NCBI GenBank assembly: GCA_030631605.1
Contig: DAOVKV010000001.1
Span: forward strand, 1 to 60,361
DNA: 60,361 bases
Direction: 5' to 3'
Source of the DNA: a bacterium
GTDB taxonomy: Bacteria; Zixibacteria; MSB-5A5; CAIYYT01
Positions 60,249 through 60,361 of this stretch are shown piece after piece; positions within the stretch are counted from its first letter, which is position 1; each line of letters starts with the position of its first letter. Under the pieces are notes generated by a model. It was not told the DNA's origin and made no database searches. It saw only the letters and a list, made by a program, of their open reading frames with translations. The position numbers and the translations under genes were made by a program.

Positions 60249-60361
60249 ATGAGTGAGACTATCGAGTATCGTTATTTGTGGGCGACCGACTACGATGATA
60301 CTATTCGCGTATGGAACGAGGCCAAACTGGACTATCGGCCTCGCGGCCGCGACAATCGGGA
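60249..60361 (+). CDS. 5' fragment of an unidentified ORF (runs off the window)
   Basis: ATG 60249 lies 2 nt after the ilvC stop. MSETIEYRYLWATDYDDTIRVWNEAKLDYRPRGRDNR. No family recognised. Confidence 0.3.
   Translation, partial: MSETIEYRYLWATDYDDTIRVWNEAKLDYRPRGRDNR

Overview
60.4-kb fragment that reads like a contig from an uncultivated anaerobic bacterium. It carries two sigma-54 activators, Lar/Etf genes, a corrinoid methyltransferase set and dockerin-tagged secreted proteins. I cannot place it taxonomically from sequence alone.

Most of the window is chromosomal backbone:
- a translationally coupled dus-larB-[DNA methyltransferase]-larC-etfA chain (1-6274, minus strand)
- an FHA / phosphoesterase / CHASE2-Ser/Thr-kinase operon
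- murQ, an M20 amidohydrolase, tsaD, nadE, an Rrf2 regulator and tRNA-Ala
- two Pta/Ptb-type acyltransferases plus a crotonase
- a histidine kinase / NtrC-type pair and a YyaL-type thioredoxin-domain protein
- pyrE and ilvC

Accessory or unusual content:
1. A decayed IS3-family element (12931-14232) carries the same 14-bp perfect palindrome at three critical points of its transposase.
2. A cluster of secreted proteins (36690-43629) includes an S74-chaperone fibre protein and three dockerin-tagged proteins. It shows an internal 780-nt duplication and shared 3' cassettes.
3. Three direct copies of a ~147-bp hairpin-ended repeat bracket a signal-less trypsin-like protease and a lipoprotein gene next to tRNA-Glu (43701-45925).
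4. A sigma-54-controlled operon encodes NifX-like, DUF5320, Gly-rich zinc-ribbon and MinD/ferredoxin ATPase proteins. Its promoter and activator sites are readable (48662-54466).
5. An MttB-family methyltransferase operon has partners that are the B12, activation and homocysteine modules of MetH, with no pterin module (54820-58534).

Intergenic DNA holds two families of hairpin repeats: REP-like hairpins with a GTAG head, and nested gtcattgcgag...ctcgcaatgac palindromes.

I found no CRISPR array, rRNA, reverse transcriptase or recognisable defence operon. All calls come from reading the translations and sequence by eye. No database search was run, so family names are motif-based recognitions.
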